This document shows positions 1 through 9,813 of a stretch of 64,000 bases of DNA, piece by piece (within the stretch, counting starts at the first letter, position 1; each line of letters opens with the position of its first letter). The notes under the pieces are model-generated. The model was not told the DNA's origin. It did not search any database and was given only the letters and a program-made list of their open reading frames with translations. The DNA lies in the NCBI GenBank assembly GCA_963726245.1, contig CAVSBT010000019.1:1-64000 (forward strand), in the 5' to 3' direction. Source of the stretch: an uncultured Chloroflexia bacterium (lineage in GTDB: Bacteria > Chloroflexota > Dehalococcoidia > DSTF01 > JALHUB01). The translations under genes and the position numbers were made by a program.

Positions 1-1740
1 TTGGAGGTGATGTCGTAGACCACGCGGTTGACGCCCGGCACCTCGTTGACGATGCGGTTGCTGATGCGCGCCAGCACCTCGTAGGGTAGGCGGGCCCAGT
101 CGGCCGTCATGGCGTCGTCGGCGGTGACGACGCGCAGGGCCACGACGTAGCCGTAGGTCCGGAAGTCGCCCATCACGCCCACGCTGCGGCTGTCGGTCAG
201 CACGGCGAAGGCCTGCCAGAGGTCGCGGTAGAGCTGCGCCAGCTTGATCTCGTCCATCACCACCCAGTCCGCCGACCGCAGGATCTCCAGCTTCTCCGGC
301 GTCACCTCGCCGATGATGCGGATGGCCAGGCCCGGGCCCGGGAAGGGATGGCGGAAGACCATCTCCTCCGGCAGCCCCAGCTCCAGCCCCACCTGGCGCA
401 CCTCGTCCTTGAAGAGGAAGCGCAGGGGCTCGATGAGGGTGAAGGTCATGTGGGCGGGCAGGCCGCCGACGTTGTGGTGCGTCTTGATCTTGGCGGCGGC
501 GCTGGACCCGGAGGAAGCGCTCTCGATGACGTCGGGGTAGGTGGTGCCCTGGGCGATGAAGTCCACCCGCCCCAGCCGCGCGGCCTCCTGCTCGAAGACG
601 CGGATGAACGTCTCGCCGATGCGGCGCCGCTTCTCCTCCGGGTCGGTGACGCCGGCCAGGGCGTCGAGGAAGCGGGCGCTGGCGTCGGCATAGACGAGGT
701 GCATCTTCAGGTGGCGACGGAAGGTGGCGATGACCCGCTCCGTCTCCTCGCGGCGCAGCAGGCGCGTTGTTGACGAAGATGCAGGTGAGCTGGTCGCCCA
801 CGGCCCGGTGCACCAGCGCTGCGGTGACGGCGGAGTCCACGCCGCCGGAGAGGGCGCAGATGACGCGGCCGGACCCCACCTGCTCGCGGATGCGGTGCAC
901 GCTCTCGGCCACGAAGCCGCTGGGCGTCCAGTCGCCCCGGCAGCCGCAGACGTTGTAGAGGAAGTTCTCCAGGATGCGCTTGCCCTGGGGCGTGTGGACC
1001 ACCTCGGGGTGGAACTGGAGCCCCAGGAGGCCCGCGCCGTTGCCCATGACGGCGACGGGCGAGTTCTCAGAGTGGGCCAGGGCGTGGAAACCCGGCGGCA
1101 TCTCGGCGATGACGTCGCCGTGGCTCATCCAGACCGGCATCGGCGAGGGCAGCCCCTCGAAGATGGGGGCGCCGCGCTCAGCCTGGTAGATCATGGCCGG
1201 GCCGTACTCGCGGCGCTGGCCCGGGGCGACGCGGCCCCCCAACTGGTAGGCCAGCAGTTGCATGCCGTAGCAGATGCCGAGCACCGGCAGGCCGCTCTCG
1301 AAGACGTAGGCGGGGGCAGTGGGCGCCCCTTCGTCGTAGACGCTGGCCGGCCCGCCGGAGAGGATGAAGCCCCTCGGCCTGAGGCGGGCCACCTGCTCCC
1401 AGGGCGCGTCGTGGGGGACGAGCTCGCAGTAGACGCGGCACTCGCGCACACGGCGGGCGATGAGCATGCTGTACTGGGAGCCGAAGTCGAGGATGGCGAT
1501 GGCCTCGGGCGGCGTCGGGGTCTCGGGTGGGGGAACGGGCTCCTCACCTTCCCTCTCGCGGGCGATCTCAAGGTAGGTGGAGACCTCGAGGTCGTCGCTG
1601 GTGGGGACCCGCCGCCCGACGGGCAGAGCCGGCTGGTCGGCAGATGGGGCGCGCCTGGGCTCAGACGGCGGCCCGCGTCGCGTGCGCGACGGATGCCCGT
1701 CTCGGCGCCGGCTGATCGCATCCTTGGGGGTCTTAGCCAT
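1..1740 (-). CDS. guaA: GMP synthase (glutamine-hydrolysing); runs off the window start; one indel near 763
   Basis: Minus-strand translation gives [80 protein letters not shown] and [10 protein letters not shown]; ATG at 1740 with an ~80 aa N-terminal extension. Confidence 0.95.
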   Translation of the reverse strand, partial: MAKTPKDAISRRRDGHPSRTRRGPPSEPRRAPSADQPALPVGRRVPTSDDLEVSTYLEIAREREGEEPVPPPETPTPPEAIAILDFGSQYSMLIARRVRECRVYCELVPHDAPWEQVARLRPRGFILSGGPASVYDEGAPTAPAYVFESGLPVLGICYGMQLLAYQLGGRVAPGQRREYGPAMIYQAERGAPIFEGLPSPMPVWMSHGDVIAEMPPGFHALAHSENSPVAVMGNGAGLLGLQFHPEVVHTPQGKRILENFLYNVCGCRGDWTPSGFVAESVHRIREQVGSGRVICALSGGVDSAVTAALVHRAVGDQLTCIFVNNAPAAPRGDGAGHRHLPSPPEDAPRLCRRQRPLPRRPGRRHRPGGEAAPHRRDVHPRLRAGGRAAGAGGLHRPGHHLPRRHRERFLRVQRRRQDQDAPQRRRPARPHDLHPHRAPALPLQGRGAPGGAGAGAAGGDGLPPSLPGPGPGHPHHRRGDAGEAGDPAVGGLGGDGRDQAGAALPRPLAGLRRADRQPQRGRDGRLPDLRLRRGPARRHRRRRHDGRLGPPTLRGAGAHQQPHRQRGAGRQPRGLRHHLQ

Positions 1741-1831
1741 CGGGCCTTCTTAGGGGAGTGGATGGCCCGTGCGGGGGCACCTAGCAGCAGGGCCGCGGCG
1801 CCCCAGCGACGCCCGGCCCACTTCGACCCTC

Positions 1832-1860
1832 ACATTAGCACCGTGCTATACTGGCGTCAA
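1832..1860. promoter_or_regulatory. Overlapping divergent sigma70-type promoters for guaA and tsaC
   Basis: Minus strand TTGACG-17nt-TAATGT with TGc extension; plus strand TGcTATACT at 1844-1852. Confidence 0.5.
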
Positions 1861-1888
1861 GGCGAATAGAACTGCTCGAAAAGGGCCT

Positions 1889-2527
1889 TTGTTGAAGCGC
1901 GTCTCCGCGTTAGGGGTTGACGAAGCCGTTCTGGACGAGGCGGCGCGCTGCCTCACGAACGGCGGCCTGGTCGCCTTTCCCACCGATACGCTCTACGGTC
2001 TCGCCGCCGTCGCCTCGCAGGATCGGGCGGTGGAGAGACTGTTCGCAGCCAAGGAGCGGCCCCGCGATAGGCCTCTGCCGGTCCTCGTCGCCTCCGCCGC
2101 GGACGTAGACGGCCTGGCGACCGGAGTGTCGGCAGCGGCCCGTCGCCTCATGGATGCTTTCTGGCCGGGTGGTCTGACCCTGGTGCTGCGGCGGAACCCC
2201 CGGTTCCACTCCCTCGCCCTCGCGGGCGGCGATACGGTGGCGGTGCGAGTGCCTGCCCACCCGATTGCCCTGGAGCTGCTGCGCCGGGTGGGAGCGGCTC
2301 TCACCGGTACCAGCGCCAACCTCTCCGGCCACCGCGTGCCGCGGACCGCCGAGGAGGTGCGCCGCCAGCTAGGCGAGCGGGTGGATCTCATCGTCGACGG
2401 CGGCCCCTGCCCGGGCGGCGTCGAGTCCACAGTGGTCGATTGCACCATCGACCCGCCGCGGGTGCTGCGCGAAGGGGCTGTACCGGCGGAGCGGATCGCG
2501 GCGGTGCTGTCTGAGGGAAGCCGGTAG
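1889..2527 (+). CDS. tsaC: L-threonylcarbamoyladenylate synthase (YrdC/TsaC)
   Basis: VAFPTDTLYGL, KERPRDRPL, FWPGGLTLV, TSANLSG and STVVD motifs; probable TTG start at 1889 or 1892. Confidence 0.93.
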   Translation: MLKRVSALGVDEAVLDEAARCLTNGGLVAFPTDTLYGLAAVASQDRAVERLFAAKERPRDRPLPVLVASAADVDGLATGVSAAARRLMDAFWPGGLTLVLRRNPRFHSLALAGGDTVAVRVPAHPIALELLRRVGAALTGTSANLSGHRVPRTAEEVRRQLGERVDLIVDGGPCPGGVESTVVDCTIDPPRVLREGAVPAERIAAVLSEGSR

Positions 2528-2561
2528 CATCGCCCAGCAGGTGCTCACAAGCGCGAGTGGC

Positions 2562-2662
2562 CCGCTCGTGGTTCGACAGGCTCACCACGAGCGGAACCCG
2601 AGACCGCCCATCACGAGGGAATCCAGGAGCCGCTCATCCTGAGCCTGTCGAAGGACGAGCGG
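2562..2662. repeat. Inverted pair of REP-like palindromes (ccgctcgtggttcgacaggctcaccacgagcgg family)
   Basis: Two ~33 nt hairpins in opposite orientation (2562-2594, 2630-2662); related copies at 41345-41399 and 50151-50180. Confidence 0.8.
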
Positions 2663-2697
2663 CGACCCCGCTGGTGAGGGAGGAAGGAGCCGGGCCC

Positions 2698-3144
2698 GTG
2701 CGAATCGCCATCGGCAGTGACCACACCGGCGTCGCCCTGAAGGAGAGCCTGCGCGAGCAACTGACCGCCCTCGGCCACGAGGCGTTCGACCTGGGCTGCT
2801 CCGGCCAGGACTCCGTCGATTATCCGGACGTGGCCCGTCCGCTGGCCGAGGCAGTGGCCGCCGGGCGGTACGACCTGGGCGTCCTCATCTGCAGCAACGG
2901 CGTCGGCGTGAGCATCACCGCCAACAAGGTGAAGGGGGTGCGGGCTGCCCTCTGCCACGACACCTTCAGCGCCCGTCGCGCGCGTCAGCACACCGACGCC
3001 AACGTGCTCTGCATGGGCGCCTGGTGCATCGGGCCCGGCGTGGCGGGCGAGGTGCTGGAGGCGTTCCTGGGCGGCCAGTTCGAGGGCGGCCGCCACGCGC
3101 GGCGGCTGGACAAGATCAGGGCGATCGAGGCCCAGGACCCCTAA
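2698..3144 (+). CDS. rpiB: Ribose-5-phosphate isomerase B
   Basis: IAIGSDH, SVDYPD, ANKVKGVRAA, ARQHTDANVL and FEGGRHARR; GTG start after an aggag RBS. Confidence 0.95.
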   Translation: MRIAIGSDHTGVALKESLREQLTALGHEAFDLGCSGQDSVDYPDVARPLAEAVAAGRYDLGVLICSNGVGVSITANKVKGVRAALCHDTFSARRARQHTDANVLCMGAWCIGPGVAGEVLEAFLGGQFEGGRHARRLDKIRAIEAQDP

Positions 3145-3170
3145 CATGGCGCGTCCGCGAGTCGACTGCC

Positions 3171-4235
3171 ATGGCTTCCAGCGCCGGGGGCCGCCGGGCC
3201 CCCGGCAGTGCCGGCATCGAAAGGCTGCTCGGCCGCTACCGAGAGGCCGTCCTGGCCGAGATGAAGGCGGTGCTCGCTGACCACCGCCAGCCTCTCTACG
3301 ACATGATGCGCTATCACCTGGGCATCGCCGGCGCCAGGGGAGAGCCAGAGGCGGCGCCGGCCGGCAAGATGCTGCGCCCGGCGCTCTGTCTCCTCTCCTG
3401 CGAGGCGGTGGGCGGCCAGCGGCGACAGGCCCTAGCGGCGGCCGCCGCCATCGAGCTCATCCACAACTTCACCCTCATCCATGACGACATCGAGGACGCC
3501 AGCCATTCCCGCCACGGCCGCGACACCGTCTGGCGGGTGTGGGGCGAAGCGCAAGCCATCAACGCCGGCGACGGCATGTTCGCCCTGGCCCACCTTGCGC
3601 TTCTCCGCCTCCTCGAGGAGGGAGTGGCGGCTTCTCAGGTTCTGGAGGCAGCCCAGCTTCTGGACGAGGCCACGCTGGCTCTCTGCGAGGGCCAGCACCT
3701 GGACGTGGAGTTCGAGGGGCGCCTGGACGTCACCTGCGACGACTACCTGGCCATGGTCTCCGGCAAGACGGCGGCTCTCATGGGCGCGGCGACGGCGATG
3801 GGCGCCCTGCTGGGCGGCGCGCCGGAGGGCGCCTTGGCCGCCTTCAAGGAGTTCGGGCGCCGCCTGGGCGTAGCCTTCCAGATCCGCGATGACGTGCTCG
3901 GCATCTGGGGCGACGCGACGGAGACAGGAAAGCCCGCTGGCGACGACATCGCGGCCCGCAAGAAGTCCTATCCTGTTGTCTACGCCTTGGAACGCGCCCC
4001 CGAGGATGACCGCCGCTCCCTGCGCCGCATCTACAGCGCCGGCGCGGTCTCCCCGGAGGGCGTCGCAGAGGTGCTGGCGGTGCTGGAGCGCTGCGGGGCG
4101 CGCGCCGCCGCCGAGAAGGCCGCCGCCGGCCACGTGGAGGAGGGCCTTAGCCGTCTGCAAGGGCTGGACCTCGCGCCCGCCCGCCGGCGGGAGCTGGAGG
4201 CGCTGGCGCGCTATCTGGTGCGCCGGCGTCGTTGA
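3171..4235 (+). CDS. Polyprenyl (GGPP-like) diphosphate synthase
   Basis: GKMLRP, ELIHNFTLIHDDIED (FARM), AINAGD, GQHLD, KTA, FQIRDDVLG (SARM). Confidence 0.92.
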   Translation: MASSAGGRRAPGSAGIERLLGRYREAVLAEMKAVLADHRQPLYDMMRYHLGIAGARGEPEAAPAGKMLRPALCLLSCEAVGGQRRQALAAAAAIELIHNFTLIHDDIEDASHSRHGRDTVWRVWGEAQAINAGDGMFALAHLALLRLLEEGVAASQVLEAAQLLDEATLALCEGQHLDVEFEGRLDVTCDDYLAMVSGKTAALMGAATAMGALLGGAPEGALAAFKEFGRRLGVAFQIRDDVLGIWGDATETGKPAGDDIAARKKSYPVVYALERAPEDDRRSLRRIYSAGAVSPEGVAEVLAVLERCGARAAAEKAAAGHVEEGLSRLQGLDLAPARRRELEALARYLVRRRR

Positions 4236-4335
4236 CGGTCAGGGGCGCCACCGATGGCCTCATGCCACGTGTTGGAGTATTCTTGGCGGTAAGCAGTGCC
4301 GTGGCCTTTGGACAGGATGCCGGGGAGAGGTCGCC

Positions 4336-5526
4336 ATGAAGAAGAAGACCATTCGCGATATTGACGTGCGGGAGAAGCGGGTTCTTGTGCGCGTTGACTT
4401 TAACGTGCCGCTGGAGCCCGAGACGCGTCGCATCCTGGACGACAGCCGCATTCGCGCCACGCTGCCCACGCTGAACTACCTGCGCGAGCAGCGGGCGCGC
4501 CTCATCCTCTGCTCGCATCTGGGGCGGCCTGACGGCAAGGTGGTGGAGTCGCTGCGGCTGGCGCCGGTGGCTGTTCGCCTGGGCGAGCTGCTGGGGACCA
4601 AGGTCGCCGCTGCCGGCGACTGCGTGGGACCCGCCGTGGAGGAGGCGGCCCGCTCCCTGAAGCCCGGCGAGGTGCTCCTGCTGGAGAACCTTCGCTTCCA
4701 CCCGGAGGAGGAGAAGAACGACCCCGCCTTCGCTCGCGCGCTGGCTTCCCTGGCCGAGGTCTACGTCAACGACGCCTTCGGTACCGCGCACCGGGCCCAC
4801 GCCTCCACGGCCGGCGTCGCGGCCTACCTGCCGGCGGTGGCGGGATTCCTGATGGAGAAGGAGCTGGACTACCTCGGCCGGGCCGTCTCCAACCCGGAGC
4901 GGCCCTTCGCCGCAATCATCGGCGGCGCCAAGGTGAGCAGCAAAATGGCCGTCCTGCGCAACCTGCTTCACAGGGTCGATTGCCTCCTGGTCGGAGGTGG
5001 CATGGCCTCCACCTTTCTCAAGAGCCAGGGCTTCGCGCTGGGCGAGTCTCTGGTGGAGGACGACCAGTTGGACGCCGCCGCCGATATCCTGAAGGACGCC
5101 GAGGCCCGGGGGGTGCCCCTGTTGCTGCCCACCGATGTGGTGGTCGCCGACCGCTTCGCCGCCGATGCCCGCTGCCAGATGGTGCCCGTCCGCAACATCC
5201 CCCGAGACTGGCGCATCATGGACATCGGCGCCGATACGCTTACGACTTTTCGCGACGCCCTGGAGGACTGCAAGACTGTGGTCTGGAACGGGCCCGTAGG
5301 CGTGGCCGAGTTCGCGCAGTTCTCCGAGGGGTCGCTGGGCCTGGCGCTGGCCATGGCCGAGCTGGACGCCACTACCATCGTCGGCGGCGGCGAGACGGTG
5401 GCCCTCATCCAGCAGGCGGGGCTCGTGGACCGCTTCAGCCACGTCTCGACGGGCGGCGGCGCCTCGCTGGAGTTCCTGGAGGGGCGTGTCCTGCCCGGCG
5501 TGGCGGCGCTGCTGGACGCGAAATAA
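4336..5526 (+). CDS. pgk: Phosphoglycerate kinase
   Basis: RVDFNVP, SHLGRP, LENLRFH, NDAFGTAHRAHAS, GGAKVS, HVSTGGGASLE. Confidence 0.98.
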   Translation: MKKKTIRDIDVREKRVLVRVDFNVPLEPETRRILDDSRIRATLPTLNYLREQRARLILCSHLGRPDGKVVESLRLAPVAVRLGELLGTKVAAAGDCVGPAVEEAARSLKPGEVLLLENLRFHPEEEKNDPAFARALASLAEVYVNDAFGTAHRAHASTAGVAAYLPAVAGFLMEKELDYLGRAVSNPERPFAAIIGGAKVSSKMAVLRNLLHRVDCLLVGGGMASTFLKSQGFALGESLVEDDQLDAAADILKDAEARGVPLLLPTDVVVADRFAADARCQMVPVRNIPRDWRIMDIGADTLTTFRDALEDCKTVVWNGPVGVAEFAQFSEGSLGLALAMAELDATTIVGGGETVALIQQAGLVDRFSHVSTGGGASLEFLEGRVLPGVAALLDAK

Positions 5527-5551
5527 GCCTGCTGCGTGATAGGATGTGCCG

Positions 5552-6754
5552 ATGGACCTTGACCTCGCCCGAGAACTCGCCGTAACCAACGACTCCAAGA
5601 TCGTCCTCTACGTCATCGACGGGCTGGGCGGCCTGCCTCACCCGGACACGGGCCGCACGGAGCTGGAGGCGGCCGATACCCCTCACCTGGACCGCCTGGC
5701 CGCCGATGGCATCTGCGGCCTAACGGTGCCGGTGGGGCCCGGCATCACGCCCGGCAGCGGGCCCGGCCACCTCTCCCTCTTCGGCTATGACCCCTATCGC
5801 TACCAGGTGGGGCGCGGCGTCCTCGAGGCCCTCGGCATCGACTTCGACCTTCAGCCCGATGACGTCGCGGCGCGCGGCAACTTCTGCACTGTCGACGAGG
5901 CCGGCCGTATCACCGACCGTCGCGCCGGCCGCATCAGCACCGACACCTGCACCGAGCTCTGCGACCTGCTGCGGGAGATCAAGCTGCCCGACGTGGAGCT
6001 CTTCGTGGAGCCGGTGCGGGAGCACCGCTTTCTTGTGGTGATGCGCGCGCCCGGCCTGGACGGCCGCCTTTCGGAGACGGACCCCCAGCGCTTGGAGGTG
6101 GAGCCGCTCTCCGTGAAGGCTTTGGCGCCGGAGGCGAAGGGCGCGGCGTCGTTGGCGAACAAGTTCATCGAAGAGGCGAGGCGCATCCTGGCGGACCACC
6201 ACCCCGCCAACATGCTCCTCCTGCGCGGCTTCTCCAAGCACCCCTCCTTCCCTCTCTTCGGGGACGTCTTCCAGATGCGGGCCGCCGCCGTGGCCGTCTA
6301 CCCCATGTACCGGGGCCTGGCCAAGCTGGTGGGCATGACCGTCCTCCCTACCGGCGTCACCCTGGAGGACGAGCTGGAGACGCTGGAGAAGCACTGGCAG
6401 GAGTTCGACTTCTTCTTCCTCCACTACAAGCGGGCCGACGCCGCCGGCGAGGACGGCGACTTCGATGCCAAGATGAGCGCCCTGGAGGGCGCGGACGCCG
6501 TCATCCCCGCCCTGCGCAACATGGGCCCCGACGTTCTCATGGTGGGTGGCGACCACTCGACGCCGTCCACGCTCGCCGCCCATAGCTGGCACCCGGTCCC
6601 CTTCGCCCTTAGCTCGAAGTGGTGCCGCCCCGACCGCGCCGAGGAGTTCAACGAGGTGGCCTGCACGGCGGGCTCGCTGGGCGTCTTCCCGGCCACGGAC
6701 GCGATGCCCCTCGCCATGGCCCACGCCCGCCGCCTGACCAAGTTCGGAGCATAG
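5552..6754 (+). CDS. apgM: 2,3-bisphosphoglycerate-independent phosphoglycerate mutase (ApgM type)
   Basis: IDGLGG, TPGSGPGHLSLFGYDP, GRGVLEALG, RGNF, DRRAGRI, GDHSTP. Confidence 0.95.
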   Translation: MDLDLARELAVTNDSKIVLYVIDGLGGLPHPDTGRTELEAADTPHLDRLAADGICGLTVPVGPGITPGSGPGHLSLFGYDPYRYQVGRGVLEALGIDFDLQPDDVAARGNFCTVDEAGRITDRRAGRISTDTCTELCDLLREIKLPDVELFVEPVREHRFLVVMRAPGLDGRLSETDPQRLEVEPLSVKALAPEAKGAASLANKFIEEARRILADHHPANMLLLRGFSKHPSFPLFGDVFQMRAAAVAVYPMYRGLAKLVGMTVLPTGVTLEDELETLEKHWQEFDFFFLHYKRADAAGEDGDFDAKMSALEGADAVIPALRNMGPDVLMVGGDHSTPSTLAAHSWHPVPFALSSKWCRPDRAEEFNEVACTAGSLGVFPATDAMPLAMAHARRLTKFGA

Positions 6755-6756
6755 AC

Positions 6757-7524
6757 GTGAGAGTTCCTATCGTCGCCGGCAACTGGAAGATGAACACTAC
6801 CGCCGCCTCCTGCGCGGAGCTCTGCGACGGCGTCCGGCAGGGCGTGGACGGCATCACGGGCGTGGAGAAGGTGGTCTGCCCGCCCTTCCCCTTCCTCTTC
6901 GTCGCCCGCGACCGGCTGAAGGGCAGCTCGGTGAAGGTGGGCGCTCAGAACATGCACTGGGCGGAGAAGGGCGCCTACACCGGCGAGGTGAGCTATCCGA
7001 TGCTGGACGGCGTCGTCGAGTACGTCATCATCGGCCACTCGGAGCGGCGGGCCTACTTCTGCGAGACCGACGAGTCGGTGAACAAGAAGCTGGCCGCCGC
7101 CCTGGCCGCCGGCCTCAAGCCCATCTTCTGCGTCGGCGAAACGGAGTCGGAGCGCGAGGCCGGCCGCACCGAGGAGGTGCTGCTGCGGCAGGTGCGTGGC
7201 GGGCTGGAGGGCATCGAGGTGCCGCCGGGCTTCGCCATCGCCTACGAGCCGGTGTGGGCTATCGGCACCGGCAAGGCGGCGACGGGCCCCATGGCCAACG
7301 ACGCCATCGGCCTCATTCGCGCCGAGGTGTCGCGCCTGACCGCCGTCGGCATCGCCGAGAGCGTGCGCATCCTCTACGGCGGCAGCGTCACCCCTGACAA
7401 CATGACCGAGTTCGCCCGCCAGCCGGAGATAGACGGCGGCCTGGTGGGCGGCGCCTCCCTCAAGGCCGACTCCTTCGTCAGCCTGGTCCGTCAGACAGCG
7501 GAGGCCACAGCCGCCAAGCGATGA
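6757..7524 (+). CDS. tpiA: Triosephosphate isomerase
   Basis: AGNWKMN, GHSERR, AYEPVWAIGTG, LYGGSV, GGLVGGASL. Confidence 0.98.
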   Translation: MRVPIVAGNWKMNTTAASCAELCDGVRQGVDGITGVEKVVCPPFPFLFVARDRLKGSSVKVGAQNMHWAEKGAYTGEVSYPMLDGVVEYVIIGHSERRAYFCETDESVNKKLAAALAAGLKPIFCVGETESEREAGRTEEVLLRQVRGGLEGIEVPPGFAIAYEPVWAIGTGKAATGPMANDAIGLIRAEVSRLTAVGIAESVRILYGGSVTPDNMTEFARQPEIDGGLVGGASLKADSFVSLVRQTAEATAAKR

Positions 7525-8447
7525 GGAAGCTGGTCGCCGTCGTCGGGCCCACGGCGACGGGGAAGACCGACCTGGCCCTCCGCCTGGCGCTCGCCTTCGA
7601 GGGCGAGATCGTGGGGGCTGACTCCCGACAGGTCTACCGGGGCATGGACGTCGGCACCGCCAAGCCGACGGCGGGGCAGCGGGCGCAGGCGCCGCACTGG
7701 CTGGTGGACGTGGTCGACCCGGACGAGGAGTTCGGGCTGGCCCGCTACCTGGACCTGGCTCAGGCCGCCCTGGAGGACATCTGGTCGCGGGAGCGGCTGC
7801 CTTTCCTGGTGGGAGGCACCGGGCAGTACGTCTGGGCCCTGCTCGAGGGCTGGCAGGTGCCCCGGGTGGGGCCGGACTGGGCCCTGCGGCGGGAGCTGGA
7901 GGAGCGGGCCCAGCGCGAGGGGCCGCAGGCCCTCCACGCGGAGGTGGCGGCCCTAGACCCGGAGACCGCGCGTCGACTGGACCCCCGCAACGTGCGCCGC
8001 GTCGTGCGGGCTCTGGAGGTGATGCGCCGCACCGGCCAGCCCCTCTCGGCCTGCCAGACGCGCCGTCCGCCCGACTTCCCCTGGCTGGCCCTGGGGCTGG
8101 ACCTGCCGACCGAGGAGCTGTACCGTCGCATCGACGCCCGCGTGGACGCTATGATGGCGGAGGGCCTCGTCGATGAGGTGCGGGGGCTGCTGGCGCGGGG
8201 CTACCGCCCGGACCTGCCCGCCATGTCCGGCATCGGCTATCGACAGGTCTGCCAGCATCTGGCGGGGGAGCTGTCGCTGGCGGAGGCGGTGGCCCGCATC
8301 AAGACGGAGACGCACCGGCTGTCGCGCCACCAGCGCAACTGGTTCCGCCGCGACGACCGGCGCATCCACTGGCTCGACGCCTCCGCGGGCGACCCGTACG
8401 AAGAGGCGGTCCGCCTGGTAGAATCAGAGCTACGTAGCCAGGAGTAG
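7521..8447 (+). CDS. miaA: tRNA dimethylallyltransferase
   Basis: GPTATGKT, DSRQVYRGMDVGTAKP, VGGTGQY, IGYRQ; overlaps tpiA stop (ATGA). Confidence 0.97.
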   Translation: MRKLVAVVGPTATGKTDLALRLALAFEGEIVGADSRQVYRGMDVGTAKPTAGQRAQAPHWLVDVVDPDEEFGLARYLDLAQAALEDIWSRERLPFLVGGTGQYVWALLEGWQVPRVGPDWALRRELEERAQREGPQALHAEVAALDPETARRLDPRNVRRVVRALEVMRRTGQPLSACQTRRPPDFPWLALGLDLPTEELYRRIDARVDAMMAEGLVDEVRGLLARGYRPDLPAMSGIGYRQVCQHLAGELSLAEAVARIKTETHRLSRHQRNWFRRDDRRIHWLDASAGDPYEEAVRLVESELRSQE

Positions 8448-8453
8448 TCGCAC

Positions 8454-8930
8454 ATGAACGCCGAGATAGAAACGCTGAGCCGCCAGGTCCGATCAATCCT
8501 AAGCCGTGTCTGCGGCTGCCTGGAGGCGTTGAGCGAGGCCCAGCTCAACTGGCGCCCGCCCGTCGATGGGGCCAACAGCGCCTACGTGATCGCTACCCAC
8601 ACGCTGGGCAACGCCCGCGCCTGGATACTGGGCATCGCCTGTGGCCGGACCCTGGAGCGGGACCGGCCGAGCGAGTTCCGGGCCTCGGGCCGCGACGCGT
8701 CCGCGCTGGTCGCCGAGGCGCAGCGGCTGTCAGACGAGATCGACGCCGCCCTGTCGGCGCTGTCGCCTTCGGACCTGGAGCGGCGCCTCGTGCCCCCGAA
8801 GTCCTTGTGGGGTGAGGGAGAGCCGCTTGAGATCTCGGTGCGACAGGCCATCCTGCACGTCGTGGAGCACGCCTCCCTTCACCTCGGCGAGCTCCTGCTC
8901 ACGCGCGAACTGGCCCTTGGGCAATCGTGA
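8454..8930 (+). CDS. DinB/DUF664-family four-helix-bundle protein
   Basis: LNWRP..ANS...IATH, RDRPSEF, HVVEHASLHLG metal-binding His pattern. Confidence 0.8.
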   Translation: MNAEIETLSRQVRSILSRVCGCLEALSEAQLNWRPPVDGANSAYVIATHTLGNARAWILGIACGRTLERDRPSEFRASGRDASALVAEAQRLSDEIDAALSALSPSDLERRLVPPKSLWGEGEPLEISVRQAILHVVEHASLHLGELLLTRELALGQS

Positions 8931-8931
8931 G

Positions 8932-9802
8932 ATGCGCTTCGCCAAGTGGCAGGGCACCGGCAACGACTTCCTCCTCATCGAAGGCCGAAGGGGCGGTTGC
9001 GAACGCCCCTACACCGACGCAGGACTGGCCCGCGCTCGCCCGGTCGATCTGCGACCGCCACTTCGGCGTCGGCGCCGACGGCATGCTACTGGTGCTGCCC
9101 TCCGACCAGGCCGACCTCCGAATGCGCCTCTTCAACTCGGACGGCTCTGAGGCCGAGATGTCCGGCAATGGCATCCGCTGCTTCGTCCGCCACGCCGTCG
9201 AGCGGGGGCTGGCCCGTCCGCAGGACGGGCAGCTCCGGATCGAGACCGGCGCCGGCGTCCGGACGGCGCAGCTCCTGGACGAGGAGGGTCGAGAGGGTTG
9301 GGTGCGCGTCGGCATGGGCCGGCCGCGCTTCGCCCCCGCCGAGATACCGGTGCTGGCGGACGTAGAGCCGCCGATCCGCAACCTCTCGCTCACCGTCGAC
9401 GGCCAGATCGTGTCCGTGACCTGCGTCTCGATGGGCAACCCCCACGCCGTCCACTTCTACGCCCGGCCGGTCGCCAGCTATCCGTTGGAGGAGGTGGGCC
9501 CGAAGGTGGAGACGCACCCCCTCTTTCCTCGGCGGGTCAACTTCGAGGTGGCGCGGGTGCTGAACCGGGAGCTCATCGAGGCGCGCGCCTGGGAAAGGGG
9601 GGCTGGCATCACCCTGTCCTGCGGCTCCGGGGCCAGCGCCATCGTGGTGGCTGCTCGCCTGCACAGTCTGGTGGAGGACCGCGTCGAGGTGCGGCTGCCG
9701 GGCGGCGCCCTGCTCCTGGAGTGGGACGGCGAGGGAGAGGTATACCTGTCCGGCCCTGCGGAGCGGGTGTTCACGGGCGAGTGGCCCGACGAGCGGACGT
9801 AG
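8932..9802 (+). CDS. dapF: Diaminopimelate epimerase (indel near 8985)
   Basis: MRFAKWQGTGNDF in one frame, then CDRHFGVGADG, NSDGSEAEMSGNG, SMGNPHAV, ERGAGITLSCGSG in the next. Confidence 0.92.
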
Positions 9803-9813
9803 AGGCGTTTCGT

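Noticed and set aside
1836-1848. tagcac-c-gtgcta palindrome as a CIRCE or operator site
   Set aside because: Does not fit TTAGCACTC-N9-GAGTGCTAA; it arises from two back-to-back extended -10 elements
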